Under the pieces are notes generated by a model. That model was given only the letters and a program-made list of their open reading frames with translations. It ran no database searches and was not told where the DNA came from. The position numbers and the translations under genes are program-made. From Acidobacteriota bacterium (GTDB lineage Bacteria; Acidobacteriota; UBA6911; RPQK01; CBDAPI01), in contig CBDCBX010000021.1 of assembly GCA_965214465.1 (NCBI GenBank), forward strand, positions 943,197 through 1,007,196: a stretch of 64,000 nt of DNA, in the 5' to 3' direction. Shown in pieces: positions 1-9,406 of the stretch (position 1 is its first letter; every line of letters starts with the position of its first letter).

Positions 1-2008
1 AGCCCCTCAACGACCGTTGCAAAAGCACCCGTTACCGGATCGAGACGGAGCACTCGTCCGGTATTCGGAGCGCTCATGAGCATGTATTCCTGGTCATCCT
101 CCCCTGTAAAAGGAATCATCTTGGACACCTCGTCCGGGATCGTCACCAGTGTCTGGGAGACCTCCTCGGTGGCATCCACAATTCTCGTGGAGAAAGCAGT
201 CTGAAGGGGTCCGGAAGAGTCGGCAGGAGCTGCAGTGGCAACCAGCTCCGCAGTGAAGAGTTTTTGGAGACCGCCCAGGTAGGCGATCGATTGGAGGATG
301 CCCAGATCCGACCGAAAGGCTTCAGGGCTCAGGACATCTACCGAGGCTCCTACTGCGTCCGCCTCTGAATTGGCGGCGACCGTGACTGGCTGATCCTCCG
401 GAATCAGAGCCGGCGCCGTGTAGGTTCCTACGCCATTGATCCTGCCCACCGTGGCGTCCCCCCCGGTGGCGCCGTTCACACTCCACTCCAGAGGACCCAC
501 CAGGCCTTCCACCTCAAAGCTCTGCTGAGCTCCGGGTTCCAGAATGGCCAGCGGTGGCCTCAGGAGAATCTCTTCTCCATCCGAATCGGGCTCAAAGAGA
601 GTAGGGGCAATTTGAGGTGGAATGTTGGAAAAGACACCGCTCGCCAGACTACCGAATATGGAGGTCAGATAAACCGGAACATCGCTCTTCACCCAGATGA
701 ACCCGCCCGCCTGACCGGCAGCAGCGGGGATCAGATCTTCAATCAACCGGCTCAGTCTCTCTCCCGGGCGAAGCACAGTCGAGAAAGACCCGATCCGGGC
801 TCCATCGGATCGAAAGGCCACTACCCGAACATTGGCGGTGAGGGCTCCGGAGTTTAAAAATGCGAGGCCGGTAAAGAATCCCAGGTCCGTGGCGATGTGG
901 GAAAATAGTACCCGGGTCAGGCCTTGAGCGGCTCCCGAGACAGACGCCACCGAGCCAACCACCGGCACAGAGTAGCTCAAAGTCCCAAACAGAGCTTCCG
1001 ATGACGCCTCGATCTCCAGCCATCCTTCCAGAGTCGCCTCACCCGCGAAACCGAACATAGCCTCCAGGTCTTGGCTGAGAAGCCCCAGGGGCTGGATCAC
1101 GCGGTTCACCGGGTTGGTCTGCAGGTTCTCCTGATCATAGAGAGTTCCATCCGGCTTGTGTGCTTTGATCGTGACAATGACGGCTTCCTCAAGTCCGCTG
1201 GAGAGCGTAAGGCGAGATTCGAGCCCACCCAGAACCGCCATCTGAGGAAAAAACATGCGGCTCACCGGCTCATCAATGGGTACCGCGTTCAGGCCCATCA
1301 AGTCTCCTGGGCCCTTGACCAGCTCAAAGCAGGCGATATCCGTGTCAGCGCTGGCGGTGATGTAAAAAAACGGATATCGGCGGATTCGCCCAGGGCGAAC
1401 AACTCGCCCACATCCAGTCTTTGGACACCGTGCGGGGGAAGGGCCAACTGCCGGGACACACTCTCGCCCGCCTCTCCGGAAAGCTCAAGATCGATTTCAG
1501 CGTCAACGTCGCTCGGGTTGACGATGTTGATCTCGGTGGAGAACCCGCCTCCCACCCGCACATCCGGAAGGAAAATGGCAGGGGCTTCCCGGGGGAGGTC
1601 GGCCCCGTCGAACACGGTGACTTCCAGGTCAAGGAACATGAAGAAACCTGTCAGGTCATTGGTTTCACTGACGACTGAAAACCAGCCGACCGTGGGCTCC
1701 GGGAGGGCACTTCCGAAAAAGTCGCTGGTGAGGAGCGCCAACTGCTGGTTGCCCTCGATGACCATTTCGACCGGGTTCTGGATTCCTTCTCCGGCCAGAA
1801 GCGCCCCATTCTCGAGGTAAGCAGTGACGGTGATCGTGGCAGCTTCGTCGCGGGGATTGACGATGGCGACACCGGTGATCGTACCGGGCTCGTTCGAGAG
1901 ACGAGGAAAATTGAGACGAGACTCTGCCAGCGACACCGTTGAGATGAACGCGCACAGCCAGCAGAGTGACACGAAACAACGCACTTCAACTCGATTCAGA
2001 ATGCACAT
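1..2008 (-). CDS. Large secreted repeat-domain protein. 5' end of the gene lies in the window, the 3' end runs off the window start, and a frameshift sits at an A7/T7 run (1364-1370).
   Basis: The minus-strand ORF 1298..2056 carries a signal-peptide-like N-terminus (MCILNRVEVRCFVSLCWLCAFISTVSLA, start at 2008). It is followed by repeated ~110-130 aa units (GVAIVNP...ITVTAY...GNQQLALLTSDFFG...GWFSVVSE). The reading continues in another frame from ~1340 to position 1 with the same repeat pattern (GWLEIEASSEALFGTLSY...GFFTGLAFLNSGALTANVRVVAF). Adding one T to the T7 run joins the two frames. Confidence 0.5.
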
Positions 2009-2181
2009 CCTAAGTAAATTACAATTGGCAGACCCCGATTCCTCATCGAACACCATTGGATTCTACTCTTATTGCGGTCTGGGGCGGGAACTTGGAGAGT
2101 GATCCTGTCGGTTGGGCCCGGAGTTGTAAAGTGCTATCGTCGTAGTCGATCTTGCTGGGAATCGACGAAGGAAAAAGGGTC

Positions 2182-2631
2182 ATGTTCAGGTCGGTGCTGG
2201 CACCCGTTGCCGGGTACGTTACCATCGCGGTGACCGTCTTTGCGTCGCTGTCGGGAGCCTACTTTGTCCTGGGTCCCGGATTTGTCTTTCGAGAAGCCTC
2301 CAACCAGGTAACCATTCAATGGACACTGGTCTCTCTCCTGGCAGGATTTCTTTCGGCCGTGGGCGGGGGATTCGTAGCGGGGCGAGTGGGCAGGAATGGG
2401 CAGGCCTTTCTCTCTCTGATCACGATCGTCCTCGTGTTGGGGGTTGTCTCTGCCACCTACGCCCTGGTGACTCGTCCCGATGTCTTCGAAATGGACACCA
2501 CTCTCTGGGGATTCATGGAGGCAGCCAGTGGAGCAGCGCAGCCCATCTGGTACGATTTTCTGGTCCCGCTGGTAGGGGCTCTGGGAGTGTTCTGGGGCGG
2601 GAGACGTGGCTGTCCTGAATCAGGTGTCTAG
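2182..2631 (+). CDS. Small integral membrane protein, hypothetical
   Basis: Contains four hydrophobic segments (VAGYVTIAVTVFASL, LVSLLAGFLSAVGGGFVAG, LITIVLVLGVVSATYALV, LVPLVGALGVFWGG). No recognisable motif. Confidence 0.4.
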   Translation: MFRSVLAPVAGYVTIAVTVFASLSGAYFVLGPGFVFREASNQVTIQWTLVSLLAGFLSAVGGGFVAGRVGRNGQAFLSLITIVLVLGVVSATYALVTRPDVFEMDTTLWGFMEAASGAAQPIWYDFLVPLVGALGVFWGGRRGCPESGV

Positions 2632-2940
2632 CTCGGAATCGGACTCCTGAGAGGACACCGGCACGGCGCTGACCTCAATCGTTTCGCCCCGGAGATGTTC
2701 CCTGACCGGATTGCCTCCACTCTTTTTCTGTTTCCACATTCCCAGCATCAGAGTGAGCAGACCCAGCATGATTTCATCAACGAGGGGGATCAGGTCGGGA
2801 ACCAGCAGATCTCCGAGGAAGAGGACCAGCGTGAGCAGAAACAGCTGGGGGAACCTCAGCCTCGCGGTAATCTCCTGAAACGCTCCAAGTATACGGGCAC
2901 CGCTCATTTCTTCGCCTTTCATTACCAGCAACCATCTCAA
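2620..2940 (-). CDS. DUF1232 (YkvA-like) membrane protein
   Basis: The motif LFLGDLLVPDLIPLVDEIMLGLL matches the DUF1232 signature (xSPxDLIPDxIPxxGxxDD). It is small and hydrophobic, and convergent with the upstream gene. Confidence 0.45.
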   Translation of the reverse strand: MRWLLVMKGEEMSGARILGAFQEITARLRFPQLFLLTLVLFLGDLLVPDLIPLVDEIMLGLLTLMLGMWKQKKSGGNPVREHLRGETIEVSAVPVSSQESDSELDT

Positions 2941-3227
2941 CGCCAGATGGACGCGCTTACTGCCGTGCGCGCCACCGAAGGTTGCAGAGCCTGGTGCTCG
3001 CTCCTGAAAGCGACAGTAGCGCGCGTGACAACAAGCGCGTTAGCCCAAACCTGCAACGGCGGAACTCCTTTCTATTGTAGACTCAATTCGATGACTGGTG
3101 GCAAGCAGCGGCGGCGGCGGCGGGCAGCCCTACAGCGCTGGGTCTGGTTCGTCCGCTGCAAGTCTCACGAAGGGCGCCCGGGACAGATCGCGATGCAAGA
3201 AGTGGGGAGTCCGAGTCCGAGGCTTTC

Positions 3228-4136
3228 TTGATGATCACACGGTCACATCTCACACCCCGCTTGACTGTTTTCACCTCTTCCGTCTATCCCGACATTGTCC
3301 GCATCTGGAACGACTGCATTCGAAGCTCGCTGCCTGCAGAGGAGATTTGCGTGGAGGTCTTCTTCGACTCATCTTCAGACCGCCTTAACGACAGTATGCT
3401 TCCAGGTGCGACCATCTTGCGGAGAAATCGTAGGTGCCGGGATTTCCACGATGCGTATAACGAGGCTCTCGCGCGTGCCGCAACACCCTACCTCGCCTTC
3501 GTCGACACAGACGTTTTTTGGCTGTCGTCAGCCGTGTGGCCCCGCGCGCTCAAAGAACTCGAGCTCAACGAGGTGGCCGCTGTATCGTGTGTCTCTCGGA
3601 CAAACCGCGAAATTCCAGGGACATTTGCGGTGATTATGAAGACGGATGTCTATCGCCGGATCCTGGCTGAGGTTCCCGGTGGCTTCTATCCCGCGTTGGA
3701 GGGAATCGCTCCGGGAATAGCGCCAGAGCAGTGGAAACGATTCGATACCGGTGATCGGGCAGCCCGGGCCGTGGTGGAGGCCGGTTACGAAATCCGCCTG
3801 CTGAACCTGGATCAGCAAGGCGCGTTCGCCCGCTTCCATGGGCTTACACTCACGCGCCGGGCCTTGGAATGGATCGGCCCCGAAAACTTCCTCAAGGTAG
3901 CCGGCGACAGTTCCTACCATTGGACAGGGCTGGCGGGAAATGCGATCCTCAAGAAACTCCACGACCGCATCTATCCAGATGCCGGGTCCTTCGACTTCCC
4001 TTTTTCTCCCAGCTATGCTTGGCGCACGGCTTTGGGACATGGACGCACCACCATTCGTCGCTTGAAGATGCTGGGGCAACTCGCTCATGCGTCGCGCCGC
4101 ATAGAGCGTCGTGTTCGCACCCGGGACTTCCCATGA
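3228..4136 (+). CDS. DxD-motif nucleotide-sugar-transferase-like protein, paralog A
   Basis: A hydrophobic stretch is followed by D-T-D (AFVDTDVFW). No TM segments. Shares ordered motifs with the 6588..7598 protein (DxD, AAVS, DTGDRAA/PGDCAAISL, ARFHG/ADFHG). The stop overlaps the next start (ATGA at 4133-4136). Confidence 0.5.
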   Translation: MMITRSHLTPRLTVFTSSVYPDIVRIWNDCIRSSLPAEEICVEVFFDSSSDRLNDSMLPGATILRRNRRCRDFHDAYNEALARAATPYLAFVDTDVFWLSSAVWPRALKELELNEVAAVSCVSRTNREIPGTFAVIMKTDVYRRILAEVPGGFYPALEGIAPGIAPEQWKRFDTGDRAARAVVEAGYEIRLLNLDQQGAFARFHGLTLTRRALEWIGPENFLKVAGDSSYHWTGLAGNAILKKLHDRIYPDAGSFDFPFSPSYAWRTALGHGRTTIRRLKMLGQLAHASRRIERRVRTRDFP

Positions 4137-6307
4137 TTTTCCTCATCAACACAAAATCCACGCAGCCGTTCTGGCGACGCTTTCCGCTGTCGGTGATGGC
4201 CCTCGGTGCGGCCCTGCCACCGGAGGTGTCGTGGGAGATTTGGGACGGCAACAAGCCGGAACCGGATTTCGACAAACGACTGGTTGCCCGGGTTACGGCC
4301 GCGCAAAAAACGCCTGATCCCGTTACCCTTCTAGCCTTTAGTGTGATGCCGGGACCGCAACTTGCAAGCGCCGCCAGATTGTCCAGGTTGCTGAAGGCGC
4401 GTTTCCCGGAGATACCGATCGTATGGGGTGGCTATTTCCCCAGCCTGTATCCGAAACCTGTACTCAAGGCTCCCTATGTCGACTGGGTCATTCGCGGACA
4501 AGGGGAACGGACGCTGGCAGAGTTGCTGGAAGTCCTGAAGGGCCGGTGTGATGCTGCAAGGGTAGCCGGCCTGGCCTTCCGCAACGGCGGCGGCCATCGG
4601 ATCAACGAGGAGAGAGCCTGGACGGGTCCGAACGATTTTCCCTCTCCCCCCTACGACAGAATCGACGTGGATGGCTATTTAGGCCCGACTGCGTTGGGCC
4701 GCAGGAGCGGAGTCTATCAGGCCTCGATTGGTTGTCCGTACAAATGCAGTTTCTGCGGCGTGATCTCCGTATATGGCGGCGGCGAGAGGTTCGAGGATCC
4801 CGGCCGAACCGCTTCCAACCTCGACTATCTTGCCAAACGGCACGGAATGGATTCAGTGCACTTCTATGACAACAATTTCTTCCTCAGAGAATCGCACGCT
4901 GAGGAACTGTGCGAGCGACTGACCCCACTGCGCCTCAATTGGTGGTGTGAAACGCGGATCGACGGGATGTTGAGGTTCTCGGATGCAACCTGGAAAAAAA
5001 TTGAGAGGTCCGGTGCCCGCATGATTTTCTTTGGCGCCGAGTCCGGTTCCGACGCCGCGCTGCGGGCGATGTCGAAGAACCTCACCACGGCGCAGACCCT
5101 TGAGATCGCCCGGCGCCTGGCGCATACCACCATGGTCCCCGAATTCTCGTTTATGTTGGGAGGACCAGATGATCCGGAAGAGGAGATCTCGGCGACGTTC
5201 GACTTGATTCGTAAACTCAAACAGATTGATTGCCGCTCCGAAATTGTCTTTCATTACTACACTCCAATGCCGCGTGCGAATGGACTGGGGGAACAAGTCA
5301 GCTCGCCGGACGGGACGCCCGAGTCGATCGAAGAGTGGTGCGAACCGGACTGGGTCGAGTGGATGACCTTCGAGAAGCCGCGAACTGCATGGATGAATCG
5401 CCGTCTGTGGGATCGTGTCACCAATTTTCAATTGGTCCTGGAGAGCCGTTATCCTTCTATGCACTCTTCACGGATGAGTGGCTTGAGCGGCAAGCTCTTG
5501 GGGCGCATGGCACGGCGACGCTGGGATGAGGGGCGCTTCGAGAGACCGGTACTACTGCGTGTCGCGCGCAAATTGGCGCGTTTCGCTCCGAAAGACCCGC
5601 AGGCCTACGGCCATCTACGACCACCGCGTGAGGAGGAAAGAACCCTGTCGCCCCGCCAGGGCTATTGGCTGTGGGCCGCGACCTATGAGGGCCCCAACGG
5701 GATGACGCATCTCGATGATCTCGCGGTCAAGCGACTCTCACCCGGGAGTTTCAGCCGTCTCCTCGACGCAGGTTGCGGGACTGGCTGGCGCTTACCTGCA
5801 GCGGAGATGGGCTCGAGCATCGGCCTTGATATCGCGACCGAAATGCTGGCGATCGGCAAAGCCCGCGGTGAGACACGCTTACTCAACGCCGATGTCCGGG
5901 CACTGCCCTTCCAAAACGGTGAATTCGATCTGCTCTGGTGTCGTTTAGTGCTTTCGCATCTCGTGGACGCGGGGCAAGCCTACCTCGAACTGGGTCGTAC
6001 GGCAGCAACCGGGGCACCTTTGATCGTTACCGACATGCACTCAGACGCGATTCAGGCGGGATTCAAGACGACCTTCAAGGACCGTTCCGGCAGGACACGG
6101 TTCATCCAGATCCACGAGCGCACGATCGATGACCATGCACGCCTGGCCGCCGACGCTGGGTTTGAGCTCAGAGATACCGTGGAAAGTGCAATTGGGCCGG
6201 AGATCCGACGCTTCTTCGAAGATGCGGGCGAGCGGCATCTCTATGAGCGTCACCAGGGTCACAAGGTATTGCTGGCGATGAGATTTGTGAAGCGAGGGGC
6301 GTTGTGA
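4133..6307 (+). CDS. Fusion of a B12-binding radical SAM (class B) domain with a C-terminal class I SAM-dependent methyltransferase
   Basis: N-terminal Rossmann-like cobalamin-binding region (IPIVWGGYFPSLYP). Radical SAM CxxxCxxC motif (GCPYKCSFCGV). C-terminal methyltransferase motif I (LLDAGCGTGWRL) and post-I/II region (LPFQNGEFDLLWCRLVLSHL). The ORF-track start at 3869 is rejected in favour of the in-frame ATG at 4133, which overlaps the upstream stop. Confidence 0.8.
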   Translation: MIFLINTKSTQPFWRRFPLSVMALGAALPPEVSWEIWDGNKPEPDFDKRLVARVTAAQKTPDPVTLLAFSVMPGPQLASAARLSRLLKARFPEIPIVWGGYFPSLYPKPVLKAPYVDWVIRGQGERTLAELLEVLKGRCDAARVAGLAFRNGGGHRINEERAWTGPNDFPSPPYDRIDVDGYLGPTALGRRSGVYQASIGCPYKCSFCGVISVYGGGERFEDPGRTASNLDYLAKRHGMDSVHFYDNNFFLRESHAEELCERLTPLRLNWWCETRIDGMLRFSDATWKKIERSGARMIFFGAESGSDAALRAMSKNLTTAQTLEIARRLAHTTMVPEFSFMLGGPDDPEEEISATFDLIRKLKQIDCRSEIVFHYYTPMPRANGLGEQVSSPDGTPESIEEWCEPDWVEWMTFEKPRTAWMNRRLWDRVTNFQLVLESRYPSMHSSRMSGLSGKLLGRMARRRWDEGRFERPVLLRVARKLARFAPKDPQAYGHLRPPREEERTLSPRQGYWLWAATYEGPNGMTHLDDLAVKRLSPGSFSRLLDAGCGTGWRLPAAEMGSSIGLDIATEMLAIGKARGETRLLNADVRALPFQNGEFDLLWCRLVLSHLVDAGQAYLELGRTAATGAPLIVTDMHSDAIQAGFKTTFKDRSGRTRFIQIHERTIDDHARLAADAGFELRDTVESAIGPEIRRFFEDAGERHLYERHQGHKVLLAMRFVKRGAL

Positions 6308-6591
6308 GCGAAGATTTACGTAGCGAGACGGTGCTGGTTGAGGGGGAGTTTCGACGCGGCGAGAAATTTGGACCGGAAGCCGTTAACAAGGGGGCGATCC
6401 TGATGGACTGCGAGTGGGATGGCGGCATCTTTGAATCGGGCACAATGGTGGGTGGTATCTTTCGCTCCGGCATTTTCCGTGGCGGAACGGTCTATGGAAC
6501 CGTGTGGTTGGGAGGAGAGTGGATTGACGGCCGCTGGGAGGCCGGCTTCGATCAGACGGGGCGCTATCGGCCGAGGACCGATCATCCGTGA
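6304..6591 (+). CDS. Small Gly-rich repeat protein (95 aa), translationally coupled
   Basis: GTG start overlaps the upstream stop (GTGA at 6304-6307). The stop overlaps the next GTG start (6588-6591). Contains G-G-x-F/W repeats (GGIFESGTMVGGIFRSGIFRGGTVYGTVWLGGEWIDGRWEAG). Confidence 0.4.
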   Translation: MSEDLRSETVLVEGEFRRGEKFGPEAVNKGAILMDCEWDGGIFESGTMVGGIFRSGIFRGGTVYGTVWLGGEWIDGRWEAGFDQTGRYRPRTDHP

Positions 6592-7598
6592 GCGAAGCGA
6601 ACCATCCCCCGCGACTGCTCATCGCGAGCGCGCACCGCTACCCGGACCTGGCGCGTCTATGGTATCGGTACGTTTCGCGCGAAGTGGTCCCGGCATTCCG
6701 CGCCAAGGGCATGGAGGTCGAGACCCGGATCTTTCGGGACGCCAACGTAGAGGCCTTCAAGGCAGAACGCTTTTCCGAGGCTTTCCTCGACGCTCCGCGT
6801 GCAAAGGCCCGCGATTTCCTCGAATTCTACGACTCGGCGCTCGGACTTGACCACGACTTTATTCTATTCCTGGATGCTGATCTCTTCATCCTCGACGGAG
6901 AATGGGCCGCCGACTTCATCGACCGGTTCGAAGACCCCGATTTGGCAGCGGTTTCTCTGCTGAGAAGGTCGTCTCAGCCGGGGTTGTACGCTCTTCTTCT
7001 GCGAATAGCAAACTATCGGGCACTCCCGGAACCGGTCCTCGCTTGCCGCTATGACGGCCTCTCAGGGGAAGGACCCTGGGTCAATCATCAGCCGGGAGAT
7101 TGCGCCGCTATTAGCCTGCGCGCGGCGGGCCAGAGGATACTCGATGTCCCAGCGCAGGAGGCGCAAAGTCGACTCGCCGATTTCCATGGCACAACAGTCG
7201 TCAGAGCCTCGCGTGATCTCTTTGGCGTGTTCATCGGAGACCGCTTCGATCTCCTGGGCGCCGATCAGCGGTACTTCGCCATGAGCGCCTACGATAACGT
7301 ACTCCTGGGTGCGTTCTACCGGACACTCTACGGAGAACCGTTCGCCGCAGGCACGGGCGGAAAACACCTCAGCGGAAGCGTGACAGCGGAGTCGCTGCGT
7401 GAGAATCTGGCGCGCTGTCGCAGCTTGCGTTTGCTCCTGCGACTGACCAGCTACTTCGAGCGCTCAAAGCGGGCGCTGGCACGACTGGCGGCATACGAGG
7501 ATCTTCCCGTGCGGCCGCCGCGTGTTTTCTCGTTTGAGCGTGAGTTCATCTTCAGAGCAGCGATAATGATCCTGCCAAAACGCTGGACCCGGTGCTGA
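6588..7598 (+). CDS. DxD-motif nucleotide-sugar-transferase-like protein, paralog B
   Basis: FILFLDADLFILDG motif. Collinear similarity to the 3228..4136 product. Confidence 0.5.
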   Translation: MSEANHPPRLLIASAHRYPDLARLWYRYVSREVVPAFRAKGMEVETRIFRDANVEAFKAERFSEAFLDAPRAKARDFLEFYDSALGLDHDFILFLDADLFILDGEWAADFIDRFEDPDLAAVSLLRRSSQPGLYALLLRIANYRALPEPVLACRYDGLSGEGPWVNHQPGDCAAISLRAAGQRILDVPAQEAQSRLADFHGTTVVRASRDLFGVFIGDRFDLLGADQRYFAMSAYDNVLLGAFYRTLYGEPFAAGTGGKHLSGSVTAESLRENLARCRSLRLLLRLTSYFERSKRALARLAAYEDLPVRPPRVFSFEREFIFRAAIMILPKRWTRC

Positions 7599-7599
7599 C

Positions 7600-8571
7600 A
7601 TGGGTGTCCTGGCGCAGGTTAAGAAGTCTGTTAAGAGGCGGGCCTTCGGACACATCGAATTTGGGCTGTTTGGTCCTGTCGCTCTGCGTGACCCACAACA
7701 GGAGATCCGCGTTTGGCTCTGTGGCCTCGGGCCTCCCCGGGACGTGACCTATCGAAACGTCATAGCCAACTCCCGGCCCCACACGATCGGAATTGGCCTC
7801 GACGGTGCAGATCAGAGAATCGAATCATCGGGTGCCGGGGTTATGCTCAAGTTCGAGGAGCGTACAGGCCGCCAGCGCCCGCTCGGAGAAATCGACCTTG
7901 AATGGAAGGAGTCCATCGATTTGTCTGACGGGCAGGTGCTGCTTTTTCGCTCGCGGAGGTGCCGCAACTTTTGTCTGCCGAAGACGCTGCTATGGAGGCA
8001 ATACATGGGCTGGGCCTATCATCGCTGGCGTACGAGAAACCGCGACGACCCCGATCATCGGTTGTCCACGCGGGAAGTGCATGCCATGTTTGCATTCTAC
8101 ATTTGTCCGCGGCCGGTATTTCTGGTCAGCGTTGCAGACGGGGACAAGTCCAATATCTTTCCAATGGACCTTCTCGGCGTCATCGGTGCCGAGCGCTTCT
8201 CGCTGGCGTTCAAATGCACCAGTTCGGCCGTGCCCCTCTTGCAACGCTCGCGCCGCGCAGCGCTCGCTTCCGTACCCATTGAGCGAGCGGCTCTCGTCTA
8301 TCGATTAGGGCCCAATCACCGCAAAGCGGATTTCGATTGGGCTGAAGTCCCTTGCGGAGTGCTTGCGTCTCCGGCGTTCGGCTTGCCTGTTCCCGATTTT
8401 TCCCTGCGAGTCCGGGACGTGGAGGTTTCGGAGATCAGGAAACTGGGAAGTCACCAGTTCTTCATCTGCCGAATTGTCGAAGACCAGCGCCTGGCCGACG
8501 GGGAAGAGTTTTTTGAATCCCACTCCTTCTACCAGGAATGGAAGCAACGCACGCGTGACCGCTTCCGCTAA
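7600..8571 (+). CDS. Flavin-reductase-like (split-barrel) domain protein, possibly a tandem duplication
   Basis: The C-terminal half (VHAMFAFYICPRPVFLVSVADGDKSNIFPMDLLGVIG...SLAFKCTSSAVPLL...HQFFICRIVED) resembles the flavin reductase-like fold. Starts 2 nt after the upstream stop. Confidence 0.4.
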   Translation: MGVLAQVKKSVKRRAFGHIEFGLFGPVALRDPQQEIRVWLCGLGPPRDVTYRNVIANSRPHTIGIGLDGADQRIESSGAGVMLKFEERTGRQRPLGEIDLEWKESIDLSDGQVLLFRSRRCRNFCLPKTLLWRQYMGWAYHRWRTRNRDDPDHRLSTREVHAMFAFYICPRPVFLVSVADGDKSNIFPMDLLGVIGAERFSLAFKCTSSAVPLLQRSRRAALASVPIERAALVYRLGPNHRKADFDWAEVPCGVLASPAFGLPVPDFSLRVRDVEVSEIRKLGSHQFFICRIVEDQRLADGEEFFESHSFYQEWKQRTRDRFR

Positions 8572-9368
8572 TGATTACGTCATCCACAGCATTTGATGCC
8601 GCCGCCCACGACTATGACAGGGAGTTTTCGCATACGACGATTGGCCGGTATCTGCGCCGCGCGGTGCATGAGGAACTGGCCTGGGTCGGCTCCGGGGCGC
8701 GCCTTCTCGATCTTGGTGCGGGCACCGGCGAGGATGCGCTGTGGGCCGTTTCGCGGGGAAGCGACGTCGCCATAGTGGACGCGTCCGAGGCTATGCTGGC
8801 AAACGCCCGTGACAAGGCTCGCAAGGAAGGCGTGGACAGCCGGATTGAATTCCATCAACTGGATCTGAACGCCTGTGACCTCTCGCAAAGGTTCGATGCG
8901 GACAGCTTTGAGGGCGTGCTGTTGAACTTCGGCGTCTACAACTGCATTGAAGACGGTCCGCGCCTGGCGCGGACTCTAGCCCGGCTGACCAAGCAAGGCG
9001 GGTATTTGACACTGGTTGTGATGAGTCCGGTATGCCCGTGGGAGATCATCTGGCATCTGCTGCGGCTGTGTCCGCGTGACGCGTTCAGGCGCCTGAGGCG
9101 CAATCCAACGGTGCGGATAAAAGCTGGACCAGATGTTTCTGTTCGCTACCCGACGCCGCGGGCGGTGCGCCGCGAATTCGAGGGAGCATTTGACTTCGTG
9201 TCCCTGCGGGGTGTGGGAGCCTGTATCCCGCCTCCTTATCTGAATCGGATATTCGAAAGGCATCCCGGTATGCTGCGCCGGCTGTCGCGCTGTGAAGGAG
9301 CCATCTGCCACCGGTTTCCATGGACGTGGATGAATGACCACTACCTGATGTCGATGGTACGCCGTTGA
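8571..9368 (+). CDS. Class I SAM-dependent methyltransferase
   Basis: Motif I (LLDLGAGTGEDA), an acidic residue after beta-2 (VAIVDASEAM), and motif II-like (GVLLNFGVYNCIED). Overlaps the upstream stop (TAATG). Confidence 0.7.
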   Translation: MITSSTAFDAAAHDYDREFSHTTIGRYLRRAVHEELAWVGSGARLLDLGAGTGEDALWAVSRGSDVAIVDASEAMLANARDKARKEGVDSRIEFHQLDLNACDLSQRFDADSFEGVLLNFGVYNCIEDGPRLARTLARLTKQGGYLTLVVMSPVCPWEIIWHLLRLCPRDAFRRLRRNPTVRIKAGPDVSVRYPTPRAVRREFEGAFDFVSLRGVGACIPPPYLNRIFERHPGMLRRLSRCEGAICHRFPWTWMNDHYLMSMVRR

Positions 9369-9406
9369 TGGGCATGAGTGGAACGCTTGCCAAGTGAAGA
9401 TGAAAC

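Noticed and set aside
3108-3122. (GCG)5 trinucleotide run upstream of the operon
   Set aside because: A short simple repeat, expected by chance in GC-rich DNA. No flanking structure.
3869-4132. Long N-terminal extension of the rSAM-methyltransferase fusion overlapping the preceding gene
   Set aside because: The extension would overlap the upstream gene by 268 nt. The ATG at 4133 gives an ATGA stop-start overlap and a sensible cobalamin-domain N-terminus.
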